From: an uncultured Puniceicoccaceae bacterium
Lineage (GTDB): Bacteria > Verrucomicrobiota > Verrucomicrobiia > Opitutales > Oceanipulchritudinaceae
Reading direction: 5' to 3'
Assembly: GCA_964403935.1 (NCBI GenBank)
Contig: CAYOIB010000005.1
Location: 1 to 32,000 of the forward strand
DNA: 32,000 bases
This document shows positions 9,695 through 18,736 of the stretch, in pieces; within the stretch, counting starts at the first letter, position 1; each line of letters starts with the position of its first letter. The notes below the pieces were generated by a model. The model did not search any database. It saw only the letters and a list, made by a program, of their open reading frames with translations, and was not told where the DNA came from. The translations under genes and the position numbers were made by a program.

Positions 9695-10624
9695 GTGGAC
9701 ATCACCGCCGTCGAATCGTTTTTAACCTCGTTGCAGCAACGGATCCTCCAAGCCCTCAGCGATCTGGATCCGGCCCTCGTGGAACGTGAGGATCGCTGGA
9801 AGCGCCCCGGCGGCGGGGGCGGCCGCTCCGTTGCGGTGTCGGGTAACGTTTTTGAGAAGGGGGCGGTCAACTTTTCCGACGTCCACGGCGACACCCTTCC
9901 ACCGGCGGCGACGAAGAACCGGCCGCAGCTTGCGGGACGCCCCTTTCGGGCGTTGGGCGTCAGCGTTGTTATCCATCCTCTGAATCCCTTTATCCCCACC
10001 AGCCACATGAACGTGCGCTTCTTCCGGGCGAATGCCGACGAGCCGGTCTGGTGGTTTGGAGGCGGGTTCGACCTCACGCCCTACTATCCGTATTGGTCGG
10101 ATGCCGTGGAGTGGCATCGTGCAGCCGAAGGGGCCTGCAAGGATTTTGGGACTGATCTCTACGAGCGCTTCAAGGCGGAATGCGACCGCTACTTCTACCT
10201 TCCCCACCGGCAGGAAGCCCGCGGGGTCGGCGGACTTTTCTTCGATGACTTCAATGAGGACGGCTTTGAAGCGGCTTTCGGCTTCACCCGCACGGTGGGC
10301 GAAACCTTCGTCAAAGCCTATACCGCTCTGGTTCGAAAGCGGATGCTCACCCCTTACGAGGACCAACACCGTCATTTCCAGCTCTATCGGCGGGGGCGCT
10401 ATGTGGAGTTCAACCTGCTTCACGACAGAGGAACCCTCTTCGGCCTGCAGAGCGGAGGGAGAACCGAGAGTATTCTCCTGTCCCTGCCCCCGCTGGTTCG
10501 CTGGGATTACAATTGGTCCCCACCACCAGGCTCTCACGAAGCAGCCTTGCAGGAGCATTTCCTCAAGCCCCGCAACTGGTTGCAGGAGCCACCCCCCGAA
10601 GCCTTGCTCCCGGAGGCGAGATAG
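9695..10624 (+). CDS. hemF: Oxygen-dependent coproporphyrinogen III oxidase
   Basis: The HemF match runs along the whole length ([75 protein letters not shown]). I take the start as GTG 9695 (first in-frame start after the homology begins), but it is uncertain by a few codons. Confidence 0.88.
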   Translation: MDITAVESFLTSLQQRILQALSDLDPALVEREDRWKRPGGGGGRSVAVSGNVFEKGAVNFSDVHGDTLPPAATKNRPQLAGRPFRALGVSVVIHPLNPFIPTSHMNVRFFRANADEPVWWFGGGFDLTPYYPYWSDAVEWHRAAEGACKDFGTDLYERFKAECDRYFYLPHRQEARGVGGLFFDDFNEDGFEAAFGFTRTVGETFVKAYTALVRKRMLTPYEDQHRHFQLYRRGRYVEFNLLHDRGTLFGLQSGGRTESILLSLPPLVRWDYNWSPPPGSHEAALQEHFLKPRNWLQEPPPEALLPEAR

Positions 10625-10642
10625 CCATGCTTATAGCTCTTC

Positions 10643-11671
10643 ATGATGAATTCTCGCGAACGCTTCAATGCCGCCCTCGGCTGCAAACCATTGGACCGCC
10701 CACCTGTCTGGATCATGCGCCAGGCAGGCCGCTACCTCCCTGAATACCGTGCGCTCAAAGAACGGCATTCCTTCATCGAGATGGTGCGCACGCCAGAACT
10801 GGCAACTGAAGTGACACTCCAGCCCCTGCGGCGGTTTCCCCTCGATGCCGCCATCCTGTTCAGCGACATCCTGATTATTCCGGAGGCTCTCGGGCAGGAC
10901 TATTCCTTCCGCGAAGAGGGCGGGATCGCCATGGCTTACGCTCTCGATTCGACGGCCCGGATTCACGCCCTCGAAGCGGATCGGGTTCGGGAGCGACTCG
11001 CTTACGTCCCGGCTGCCCTCGAGTTGATCCGGAAGGAACTACAGGGCCAAACCGCCCTCCTCGGTTTTGCCGGCTCGCCCTGGACCTTGGCCACCTACAT
11101 GGTCGAAGGCGGCTCCAGCAAAGATTTTTCGCGCGCCAAAGCGCTCTTCTTCAGAGAGCCCGCCGCCTTTCACACCCTCATGGAGCGACTGGTTGACGCC
11201 ATTGTGACGCTTTGCCAGATAAAGATCGAAGCGGGCGTCGATGCGCTTCAAATCTTCGATTCCTGGGGCGCGGCCTGTCCGGGGGAACTCTACGAAGAGA
11301 TGTCCCTGAAATGGATCCGGCAGGTGATCGATCGCCTGCCGCCGGATTTTCCGATCATCCTCTACGCCAAGGGCATGGCACACCATGCGACGGAACTCTG
11401 CTCGACGGGCGCTCGGGCCCTCGGGATCGACTGGACAGTGGAACTCGGAAGCTTCCGCGACCAACTGGCACCCGATCGTGCGGTTCAGGGAAATCTGGAT
11501 CCCATCATTTTGGAGCTGGATCCCTCCACCGTTCGAACCCAGGTGACGGCTCTGCTTCAACGGATGCATGCGAAGCCCGGCTACATCTTCAATTTAGGAC
11601 ATGGAATAACCCCCCGCGCCCGGGTGGAAAGCGTTGCCGAACTGGTTCAGACGGTTCGAGATTACCGGTGA
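10643..11671 (+). CDS. hemE: Uroporphyrinogen decarboxylase
   Basis: 342 aa. PPVWIMRQAGRYLPEYR, ILFSDILIIPEALG, GFAGSPWTLATYMVEGG and IFDSWG are classic HemE motifs. Confidence 0.95.
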   Translation: MMNSRERFNAALGCKPLDRPPVWIMRQAGRYLPEYRALKERHSFIEMVRTPELATEVTLQPLRRFPLDAAILFSDILIIPEALGQDYSFREEGGIAMAYALDSTARIHALEADRVRERLAYVPAALELIRKELQGQTALLGFAGSPWTLATYMVEGGSSKDFSRAKALFFREPAAFHTLMERLVDAIVTLCQIKIEAGVDALQIFDSWGAACPGELYEEMSLKWIRQVIDRLPPDFPIILYAKGMAHHATELCSTGARALGIDWTVELGSFRDQLAPDRAVQGNLDPIILELDPSTVRTQVTALLQRMHAKPGYIFNLGHGITPRARVESVAELVQTVRDYR

Positions 11672-13044
11672 TGATAACGGATACGGAAAGCCCCCGCTTC
11701 GATCGATCGTTGATCGAGAAGTATGACCGACCCGGCCCGCGCTACACGTCCTACCCGACAGCTTTGCAGTTCTCTCCGGAAGTGCCCCACGCGAAGCTGC
11801 TGGAAGATTGCCGTGAAACGGCGGGCCCCCTTTCCGTTTACCTTCACCTTCCGTTTTGCGAGAGCTTGTGCTGGTTTTGCGCCTGCACGACCGTGATCAC
11901 CCTGAATCATGGTCGCGCCGATGCCTACCTCGACACCCTCGAAGCTGAAATGGAGTTGATGAAGCCCTATCTGCCCGAGGACCGCTCCCTCGCCCAGCTG
12001 CATCTCGGCGGCGGCTCCCCGAGTTTTCTGAAAGCCCATCAGCTCGAGCGCCTCGGCTCCATTCTCCGGTGCCACTTCAGCGTCGCCGAGGATCCCGAAT
12101 TCTCCGCCGAGCTGGACCCGCGCACCCTCACCGAAGAAAAGGTCGCCATCCTCCGGGAAAGCGGCTTCACCCGGGCATCCTTTGGCATACAGGATGTGAA
12201 TCCGGAAGTGCAGGTCGCCATCCACCGGATCCAGCCCGACAGCCTCAACCGCGAGACGATTGGATGGGTGAGGGATGCAGGATTCACCTCTGTAAACATT
12301 GACCTGATCTACGGGTTACCCAAGCAAACCCCAGCGTCCTTCGATGCGACGCTGGAAGCCATTCTGGCTTATGATCCGGATCGCATTGCCTTGTTCAGCT
12401 ACGCCCATGTGCCGTGGGTGGCCCCCGCCCAGAAGATTCTGGCGCGCTCCACCCTCCCCTCGGCCGAGGCGAAACTTGATCTGCTCGAACTCGCCGTGGC
12501 CCGCCTGACACAGGCTGGCTACATCTTTATCGGGATGGATCATTTCGCCAAAGCAACAGACCCATTGGCTCTGGCCGCGCAGAACGGGAGCCTGCACCGG
12601 AATTTCCAAGGCTACAGCACACGGGGTGGACTGAACCTCTGCGCCTTCGGCATGTCTTCAATCTCCCAAAGCGGCCGCGCCTACCGGCAGAACAATAAAG
12701 ACCTTGTCGCCTACACCAAGGATGTCTCGAACGGGCGCATCCCCTTGGAGCGCGGCTACTGCTTGAGTCCCAATGACGAGATGCGGCGAGCGCTCATCAT
12801 GGAGCTGATGTGCAAATTCTCGGTTGATCCGGATGCCAAGGCCCGGAAATGGGGCATGGATCCAGATGTCGAGTTTTCGAGCACCCGCCAACAACTCGAA
12901 GTGATGGAGGCGGATGGTCTCATCGAATGGTCGGGATCCCGCCTGAACGTCACCCCTTCCGGGCGCTTTGTCATCCGGAACATTGCGATGGCCTTTGACC
13001 CCCACGTCCGCATCGCGGAAAACCGTCACGCCCGAACAATTTGA
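11671..13044 (+). CDS. hemN: Oxygen-independent coproporphyrinogen III oxidase (radical SAM)
   Basis: Start ATG 11671 shares its A with the hemE TGA stop. Supporting motifs are PRYTSYPTA..F, the radical-SAM motif LPFCESLCWFCAC (CxxxCxxC), GGGSPSFL and a HemN C-terminal domain. 457 aa. The upstream part of the track ORF (11212-11670) is out-of-frame overlap with hemE. Confidence 0.93.
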   Translation: MITDTESPRFDRSLIEKYDRPGPRYTSYPTALQFSPEVPHAKLLEDCRETAGPLSVYLHLPFCESLCWFCACTTVITLNHGRADAYLDTLEAEMELMKPYLPEDRSLAQLHLGGGSPSFLKAHQLERLGSILRCHFSVAEDPEFSAELDPRTLTEEKVAILRESGFTRASFGIQDVNPEVQVAIHRIQPDSLNRETIGWVRDAGFTSVNIDLIYGLPKQTPASFDATLEAILAYDPDRIALFSYAHVPWVAPAQKILARSTLPSAEAKLDLLELAVARLTQAGYIFIGMDHFAKATDPLALAAQNGSLHRNFQGYSTRGGLNLCAFGMSSISQSGRAYRQNNKDLVAYTKDVSNGRIPLERGYCLSPNDEMRRALIMELMCKFSVDPDAKARKWGMDPDVEFSSTRQQLEVMEADGLIEWSGSRLNVTPSGRFVIRNIAMAFDPHVRIAENRHARTI

Positions 13045-14441
13045 CAGCGCGCCCCTCAACCTCCCATCCCGGACCCTCCGTGCTCATCCTCGGAGCGGGT
13101 ATTAGCGGCCTCACCTTGGCCTGGAGCCTGCGGAAGCAGGGCATTCACTGCCAGGTAATCGACCCTGCACGCCGGGTCGGCGGCGTTATCCGAACCGACC
13201 GCGGGGTCAGTGGTTGTATCTTTGAAAGCGGTCCAAGTTCCCTGCAGATCAAGTCTCGCCGGGTCGAAACGCTCATCCACGAGGCCGGACTGGCCAGCAA
13301 GATCGTCGAGGCCAATCCTGCCGCCCGAAAGCGCTTTGTTATTCAGGGCGGAGCTCCCATTGCTCTCCCCGGTTCCCTCCTCGGTGCCGTCACCACCCCA
13401 CTCTATTCGTTCAAAGACAAGCTCCGCCTCCTGCGTGAGCCCTTTATCGCTCCCACCTCCAAATCCGACGAATCTCTTGAGTCCTTTGCCACCCGTCGGC
13501 TGGGCAAGGCATTTGCCGATTATGGCGTATCGGTTCTCGCTTCAGGAATCTACGCCGGAGACCCCACAAAGCTTTCTATCCGCCACGGCTTTCCCAAGGT
13601 CTGGAATCTTGAAAAAGCTCACGGCTCGCTCATCCGCGGGGCTCTGAAACTTAAGATGGAGGCAAAGAAATCAGAGCGTTACAGACCGCGTCTGGTGTCC
13701 TTTGAGAACGGCCTCGAAACCCTTCCCGAAGAATTGGCCAAGTCGCTTGAAGAACAAGTGATGACCGGCACCACGCCCCTGAGCATCCAGCGACTCAACA
13801 ATCGATGGAAGGTGCGTTGGGAAGGCCCGGACGGCCCCGGTGGCGGCACTTTCAACAAGTTGGTTGTGACCGCGCCCCTGCATCTCTGGCCCGGACTGCC
13901 AGTCGACGATTTTGTCCGCGATCAGTTCAATTCGCTTCCGCAGGTTTCCTACTCCCCGCTAACCGTCCTTGGCGTGGCCTACCCCCGGACCGCGGTAGGC
14001 CACCCGCTCGATGGATTCGGACTCCTCGCTCCTCTCAAGGAAAAGCGGCGCATCCTCGGGGCACTCTTTGCCTCGCAACTGTTCCCCGGTCGCGCCCCGA
14101 CCGACTTGGCTACTTTCACTGTGTTTGTCGGGGGCGCAACCATGCCCAAGCTGTCTACCCTGCCGGATTACGCTTTGCATGAGCTGCTACACCATGAGCT
14201 CTCGGCCCTCTTTGGGATCACCGAGCTCCCTCAGTTGATCCGGCGCTATGATTGGCCCAAAGCCATCCCGCAATACAATGTCGGGTACGACTTTTTTCTC
14301 GGTGCCCTCGCCCGCGTGGAACATGCCCTACCCGGTTTTCATGCTCTCGGAAACTTCCGTGGAGGCCCAGGAATCAGCGATTGCATTGAGAGCGCCCTCT
14401 CCCTGGCGGAGCGCATTGCCGCCGAATCGGATTCGGCCTGA
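13041..14441 (+). CDS. hemY: FAD-dependent protoporphyrinogen oxidase (HemY/PgoX family)
   Basis: VLILGAGISGLTLAWSL.K.G....V.D...R.GG is the FAD motif, and the protein has the length of an amine-oxidase-type PPO. The start is either TTG 13041 (TTGA overlap with the hemN stop) or GTG 13080. Confidence 0.85.
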   Translation: MTARPSTSHPGPSVLILGAGISGLTLAWSLRKQGIHCQVIDPARRVGGVIRTDRGVSGCIFESGPSSLQIKSRRVETLIHEAGLASKIVEANPAARKRFVIQGGAPIALPGSLLGAVTTPLYSFKDKLRLLREPFIAPTSKSDESLESFATRRLGKAFADYGVSVLASGIYAGDPTKLSIRHGFPKVWNLEKAHGSLIRGALKLKMEAKKSERYRPRLVSFENGLETLPEELAKSLEEQVMTGTTPLSIQRLNNRWKVRWEGPDGPGGGTFNKLVVTAPLHLWPGLPVDDFVRDQFNSLPQVSYSPLTVLGVAYPRTAVGHPLDGFGLLAPLKEKRRILGALFASQLFPGRAPTDLATFTVFVGGATMPKLSTLPDYALHELLHHELSALFGITELPQLIRRYDWPKAIPQYNVGYDFFLGALARVEHALPGFHALGNFRGGPGISDCIESALSLAERIAAESDSA

Positions 14442-14445
14442 GGGG

Positions 14446-14658
14446 TCAGGAGTCCTCGACCGTAAACCCGATCTTCAGTCCAACCTGATAATGCACCACC
14501 TTCTGGTCGTCGATATGGCCGCGAATCTCGTCGACTTCGAACCACCGCATATTCTTCACGGATTTGCTCGCTCGCTTCACCGCGTTGTTAATCGCTTCTT
14601 CGATGGAATTCCGGGACGAACCGACGAGTTCGATTTTCTTGTAGATATGATCACTCAT
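14446..14658 (-). CDS. Dodecin-family flavin-binding protein (70 aa)
   Basis: I place the start at ATG 14658. MSDHIYKKIELVGSSRNSIEEAINNAVKRASKSVKNMRWFEVDEIRGHIDDQKVVHYQVGLKIGFTVED matches the dodecin family over its full length. Confidence 0.85.
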   Translation of the reverse strand: MSDHIYKKIELVGSSRNSIEEAINNAVKRASKSVKNMRWFEVDEIRGHIDDQKVVHYQVGLKIGFTVEDS

Positions 14659-14757
14659 TGTTTTACGGGCTTCAAATTTAGGTTTTCGGCACTTTGCACA
14701 GAACCATTCTGACACGGAACCACCCGAGGCGTCAAATGGCAGACAGGAAAGGTCGCT

Positions 14758-15327
14758 TCAATCCGCTTTTCCACCACCCGCTGGAGTGATGGGCACAGGC
14801 TTGCCCGCCTCCTTTGGCCGATCCCGCCGATAGACGTAGCGATTCAGCTCTTCAAGGGTCACCACCGCCGGTGCCTCCCTTTCCGCGGTCGAATCAAATG
14901 ACACCCGGGCAACGGGCGCTTCTTGAACCCAGAGAGCTTCCCGTCGCTGGAGAGCCCGTGGCTGATCCTGCCTGGCGGCACGCACTTGTGAAAGTCGCCC
15001 TCGTGGCCTGGCGAGGCGTCCGGAAGCTGGCTCATGCTGCGGGTGGCGCACCCCGCCCAAAGACATCTTCCCGCTGAAAGTGCGCGAGGCCTTCTCCTTC
15101 GCTTTCGGCAACGTCACGCCGCGATCAGCTTTCTCCCGCGTGGGATGGAGGATCACTCGGGGCGGAGCGCCGGTAGCGTCCGCGGGTGTCGAGGCTCTAC
15201 CGAAGGGCATGGGCTTCAGTGTCACAGCCTTCAAAGGAACCGTCGCCCGAAGGTCCGGTTCGAGCCCCGCCCGCACAGGTAAAGCCAGAGTCAGCAGGAG
15301 GAGGCCAATCGCCAGACAACGAAACAT
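14758..15327 (-). CDS. Secreted hypothetical protein (signal peptide, R/P/A-rich)
   Basis: [20 protein letters not shown]|G is a clear Sec signal peptide. I recognise no domain, and the sequence is low-complexity. Confidence 0.55.
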   Translation of the reverse strand: MFRCLAIGLLLLTLALPVRAGLEPDLRATVPLKAVTLKPMPFGRASTPADATGAPPRVILHPTREKADRGVTLPKAKEKASRTFSGKMSLGGVRHPQHEPASGRLARPRGRLSQVRAARQDQPRALQRREALWVQEAPVARVSFDSTAEREAPAVVTLEELNRYVYRRDRPKEAGKPVPITPAGGGKAD

Positions 15328-15433
15328 GGCTCCGGAAAATGCGATTTTTTCCTGTAAACATCAAGAGGGGAAATCATCCCTGACTTCGCGCCTCGCCAAA
15401 GAACGCATTGCCAAAGAACACCCGCCTCCCACG

Positions 15434-16243
15434 ATGAACCCCATGGAGCCTTACCTCGATCTTTTGCGCCACGTTTTTGCACATGGAAAAGAGCGGACGG
15501 ACCGAACAGGCGTCGGCACCCGGTCTATCTTTGGTGCCCAGACGCGCTACGATCTGCGGCAGGGCTTTCCTCTGGTGACGACAAAGAAGGTTTACACCCG
15601 GGGAATCATCCAGGAACTTCTGTGGTTCCTCAAGGGGGACACCAACATCTCCTACCTCCATGAGCACAAGGTCCGGATCTGGGATGAATGGGCCGATGAA
15701 AAAGGCGATCTTGGCCGTGTTTACGGAGCCCAGTGGACGGACTGGCGCGCGCCCGACGGACGACGCATTCACCAAATCGACGCCGTCATCGAGTCCATCC
15801 GGAAAAACCCCGGAAGCCGACGACACATTGTCAACGCATGGAACGTCGGTGAACTGGAGGAAATGGCGCTCCCTCCGTGCCACACCCTCTTCCAGTTTTA
15901 CGTCGACCTCGAAACAAAGGAACTCAGCTGCCAGCTCTACCAGCGCAGTGCCGACCTTTTTCTCGGCGTGCCCTTCAACATCGCCTCCTACAGCCTGCTC
16001 ACCCTGATGGTGGCGCAGGTTTGCGGCCTGAAGCCCGGGGAGTTCATTCACACGCTCGGGGACGCGCATATTTACAGCAACCACTTGGCTCAGGTGAAGA
16101 CACAACTCGATCGGGTGCCGAGGCCGCTTCCTCGCATGGAAATCGATCCGGCAGTCCGTTCGATCCATGATTTCCGTGAGGAGCACTTCACACTGGTCGA
16201 CTACAACCCCCATCCGGCTCTCAAGGGAGCGGTCGCCGTATGA
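15434..16243 (+). CDS. thyA: Thymidylate synthase (ThyA)
   Basis: I place the start at ATG 15434 ([11 protein letters not shown]...). Supporting motifs are [30 protein letters not shown], the catalytic-Cys motif ALPPCH.LFQFYV, and YQRS.D.FLG.PFNIASY. Confidence 0.95.
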   Translation: MNPMEPYLDLLRHVFAHGKERTDRTGVGTRSIFGAQTRYDLRQGFPLVTTKKVYTRGIIQELLWFLKGDTNISYLHEHKVRIWDEWADEKGDLGRVYGAQWTDWRAPDGRRIHQIDAVIESIRKNPGSRRHIVNAWNVGELEEMALPPCHTLFQFYVDLETKELSCQLYQRSADLFLGVPFNIASYSLLTLMVAQVCGLKPGEFIHTLGDAHIYSNHLAQVKTQLDRVPRPLPRMEIDPAVRSIHDFREEHFTLVDYNPHPALKGAVAV

Positions 16244-16740
16244 ATTTGAACGCCCCGACTCCCCGCTCCTGGAAAGCCATCGCCGCTATGGCGGAAAACC
16301 GTGTCATAGGAAACGATGGAAAACTGCCCTGGAAGGTGCCGGGCGATCTCAAATGGGTGAAGACATGCACCTATGGCCACGCGATCGTTATGGGGCGAAA
16401 GACCCTCGAATCGATGGGGAAGCCGCTCCCCGGGCGCCTCAACATCGTTCTCTCACAATCTCTACAGGAGATTGAGGGGTGCCTTGTCCTCCCGGACTTC
16501 GAGGCCTTGAAACAGTTCAGAACGGATCGTGAACTCTGGATTTTTGGCGGTGCCAACCTCTATGAACAGGCCCTGCCTTTTGTGGGCGATCTTTACCTGA
16601 CCCTCATTCGGGCACAGCCTGAAGGGGACACATTCTTTCCGGAATTCGAGGATCGCTTCAAGCTGGTATCAATTATTGAATCTTATCCTACCCACGAGAT
16701 CCGCCACTACAAAAACCAGACGACCGCGCCTCTCGATTAA
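16240..16740 (+). CDS. folA: Dihydrofolate reductase
   Basis: ATGA overlap with the thyA stop. Supporting motifs are [47 protein letters not shown] and IFGGANLY. Confidence 0.9.
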   Translation: MNLNAPTPRSWKAIAAMAENRVIGNDGKLPWKVPGDLKWVKTCTYGHAIVMGRKTLESMGKPLPGRLNIVLSQSLQEIEGCLVLPDFEALKQFRTDRELWIFGGANLYEQALPFVGDLYLTLIRAQPEGDTFFPEFEDRFKLVSIIESYPTHEIRHYKNQTTAPLD

Positions 16741-16741
16741 C

Positions 16742-17740
16742 TCATTCATATTCTACTTTCTGGCACCGGTTCATCAGGTCATCCATCGCTTGCCGGACCT
16801 CTTTCCCATTGAAGAGAACTGCATTCATCTCCCGCAGGATGGGTGCTTCGATCCCCTTCTCCTCGCAGAGCTTCTGAAAGGCGCGGGCCGTGTGGTAGCC
16901 TTCCACCGTGCGCCCGTCTTCCAGCAGCTCTGAAGCGGACGCCCCACGGGCAATGGCCTCACCAAAAGCCCGATTCCGGCTCTCTGCCCCGTTACAGGTG
17001 AGCGAGAGATCCCCGAAACCGCTGAGCCCGTAAAACGTCTCAGTCCGTCCCCCAAAGCACTTTCCGAGGCGAACCATTTCGTGCAGGGCCCGCGTCAACA
17101 AAGCGGCCTTGCTGTTATCGCCAAGACCCAGCCCATCGCACATCCCGGCGGCGAGCGCGTAAACATTTTTCAGACTCCCTCCAAGCTCCACCCCGACCAG
17201 ATCATCCGTCCGGTAGACGCGCAGACCCGAACCGCTCAGAGCTTCCTGCAGATCACAGGCGGCCGAATCATCGCTCATCGCAAGAACGAGGGCGGACGGC
17301 TGCCCCTCCGCAACTTGAGAAGCAAAGGTCGGCCCGCTCAAAACGCCGTGAGCCAGGTTCGGCAAGCTCTCCCCCATCACCTCCGCCGGCAGCTTTCCGG
17401 TGCCCGGTTCAAGACCCTTCGAAAGCGTAAGGACCGTCTTCAAGCGCCAGGCCTTGCCCATCGATGCCGCTACGGTGCCACACACCTCCCGAAGAAAGGC
17501 CGAGGGGCATGCCAGAATAAGAAGATCGGCCTCCATCAGCGAGGGCGTCAGCTCAAGGCCAAGCTGCAAATCAGACGGGAGCTTATGGCCCGGTAGATGG
17601 CGCTTGTTCTCACGATCCGATGTCAATGCCAAGGCCTGATCCAGCTCGCGAGGCACCAGCGTAACAATGTGGCCAATGCGGACGAGGTGGAGCGCCACGG
17701 CTGTTCCCCATGCGCCCGCGGGATAGATGCAGATGTTCAT
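16742..17740 (-). CDS. gpsA: NAD(P)H-dependent glycerol-3-phosphate dehydrogenase
   Basis: I place the start at ATG 17740 (MNICIYPAGAWGTAVA...). Supporting motifs are LSKGLE, LSGPTFA.EVA, GGSLKNVYALAAGM.DGLGLG.N..AAL.TRAL.EM, the LSG.GDL.LTC... block and SRN..FG. Confidence 0.9.
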   Translation of the reverse strand: MNICIYPAGAWGTAVALHLVRIGHIVTLVPRELDQALALTSDRENKRHLPGHKLPSDLQLGLELTPSLMEADLLILACPSAFLREVCGTVAASMGKAWRLKTVLTLSKGLEPGTGKLPAEVMGESLPNLAHGVLSGPTFASQVAEGQPSALVLAMSDDSAACDLQEALSGSGLRVYRTDDLVGVELGGSLKNVYALAAGMCDGLGLGDNSKAALLTRALHEMVRLGKCFGGRTETFYGLSGFGDLSLTCNGAESRNRAFGEAIARGASASELLEDGRTVEGYHTARAFQKLCEEKGIEAPILREMNAVLFNGKEVRQAMDDLMNRCQKVEYE

Positions 17741-17867
17741 AATGAAATTTGTCGCTAACAGTCTTTCCAGAACCAAAATTCGATAGTCGCATGAAACCCG
17801 GACACCCGACACACGCCAAGGAAAACTTACCTTGGCGGATCACAACAGGCCGCCTAGGTTCACCGCA

Positions 17868-18131
17868 ATGATTCGGCGTTTTTTCATCTGGCGGGCGCAA
17901 AAGCGGCTCAGCAAACCCCGCTACAAGATCGACCGTCGAGCTTACCGGGGGCAATTCAATGCGGGCTTCTTCTCCTTCCTTCACCGCACCAAGTTCTGGG
18001 CGACGGACAACGATACTTACTACCGTCGCCGCAAACGCCGACTCCTGATCGCTGGCGTCATCGGGCTCGGCACGCTCGGTTTCGTTGTCTGGATCATTTA
18101 CGAATCCGTTGGTGCCCTCGGCATTTTTTGA
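17868..18131 (+). CDS. Small basic protein with a C-terminal TM helix, hypothetical
   Basis: ATG 17868 (the track used TTG 17832). Third-position GC-rich codon usage resembles the neighbouring genes. The C-terminus LLIAGVIGLGTLGFVVWIIY is a TM segment. I recognise no family. Confidence 0.45.
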   Translation: MIRRFFIWRAQKRLSKPRYKIDRRAYRGQFNAGFFSFLHRTKFWATDNDTYYRRRKRRLLIAGVIGLGTLGFVVWIIYESVGALGIF

Positions 18132-18152
18132 GAGGATCTCTTCCTCAAGCGT

Positions 18153-18644
18153 TCACGGGCGGAAGTGCTTCCCGAAGAGCGGAATGCCTCTGTAGTGGTG
18201 GACGCAGCTGTCCACCGGAAGATCCAAATTCACCGCCACCACATCAAACCGCACCGTTGTCGGCGACTTTCTCAACTGACTCAGGTAAGCCTTGGCCGTT
18301 CGACGAAGCACTTTGCGTTTCCGCGGCCGAATACTGGCATAGGCATTCAGGGGAGAACCCCTCCGAACCCGCACCTCGACGAAGACAACCGCCGGCCCCT
18401 CCCGCATCACGAGGTCCAGCTCGCCCCGGCCACTCCGCCAGTTCTTGGCCAGCAAGACCATTCCTCCCTTTCGCAAGGCTTGGACAGCCAGTTCTTCACC
18501 CTTATCACCCCGCAGTTGGGCTTCAGTCCTTGAGGATGTCCTGAAGCCGTGGAGGTCGCTGGGGAAGCAGCGTCCGGCCAAGGCCGGAAACCAACCGTGG
18601 AAGCGTCGTTTCAGCCAATTCGCCATGGTTAATGCCTTTGACAT
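18153..18644 (-). CDS. YraN-family (UPF0102) endonuclease-like protein
   Basis: GDKGEELAVQALRKGGMVLLAKNWRSGRGELDLVMREGPAVVFVEVRVRR reproduces the YraN core (GE.A..L...G......N.R...GE.DL......VFVEV+.R). A ~40-aa N-terminal extension leaves the start uncertain (ATG 18644 or 18626). Confidence 0.8.
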   Translation of the reverse strand: MSKALTMANWLKRRFHGWFPALAGRCFPSDLHGFRTSSRTEAQLRGDKGEELAVQALRKGGMVLLAKNWRSGRGELDLVMREGPAVVFVEVRVRRGSPLNAYASIRPRKRKVLRRTAKAYLSQLRKSPTTVRFDVVAVNLDLPVDSCVHHYRGIPLFGKHFRP

Positions 18645-18736
18645 AGAAACCCCCGGACGCCATAGCTTGGCGAGATTTATTTATCTGCGCCTCAGGCAAT
18701 ATATCACCCCCTCAGGCCGAATCACTTACCAGGATT

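Noticed and set aside
9535-10077. N-terminal 181-aa extension of the 778-aa transporter ORF (track 7741-10077)
   Set aside because: The extension is antisense to the HemF coding sequence and is R/P/S-rich. Membrane-protein homology starts only at MTWPIAF (ATG 9534).
9722-10558. 278-aa minus ORF, together with 15374-16213 (279 aa) and 11039-12225 minus ORFs
   Set aside because: They are antisense to hemF, thyA and hemE/hemN respectively. These are shadow ORFs typical of high-GC coding DNA.
11212-11670. Upstream 153 codons of the 610-aa ORF containing hemN
   Set aside because: It is an out-of-frame overlap with the 3' half of hemE and is R/G/S-rich junk. HemN homology starts at ATG 11671.
15080-15433. 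Upstream 118 codons of the 387-aa ORF containing thyA
   Set aside because: It overlaps the secreted-protein gene on the opposite strand and shows no ThyA similarity. ThyA begins at MNPMEPYL (ATG 15434).
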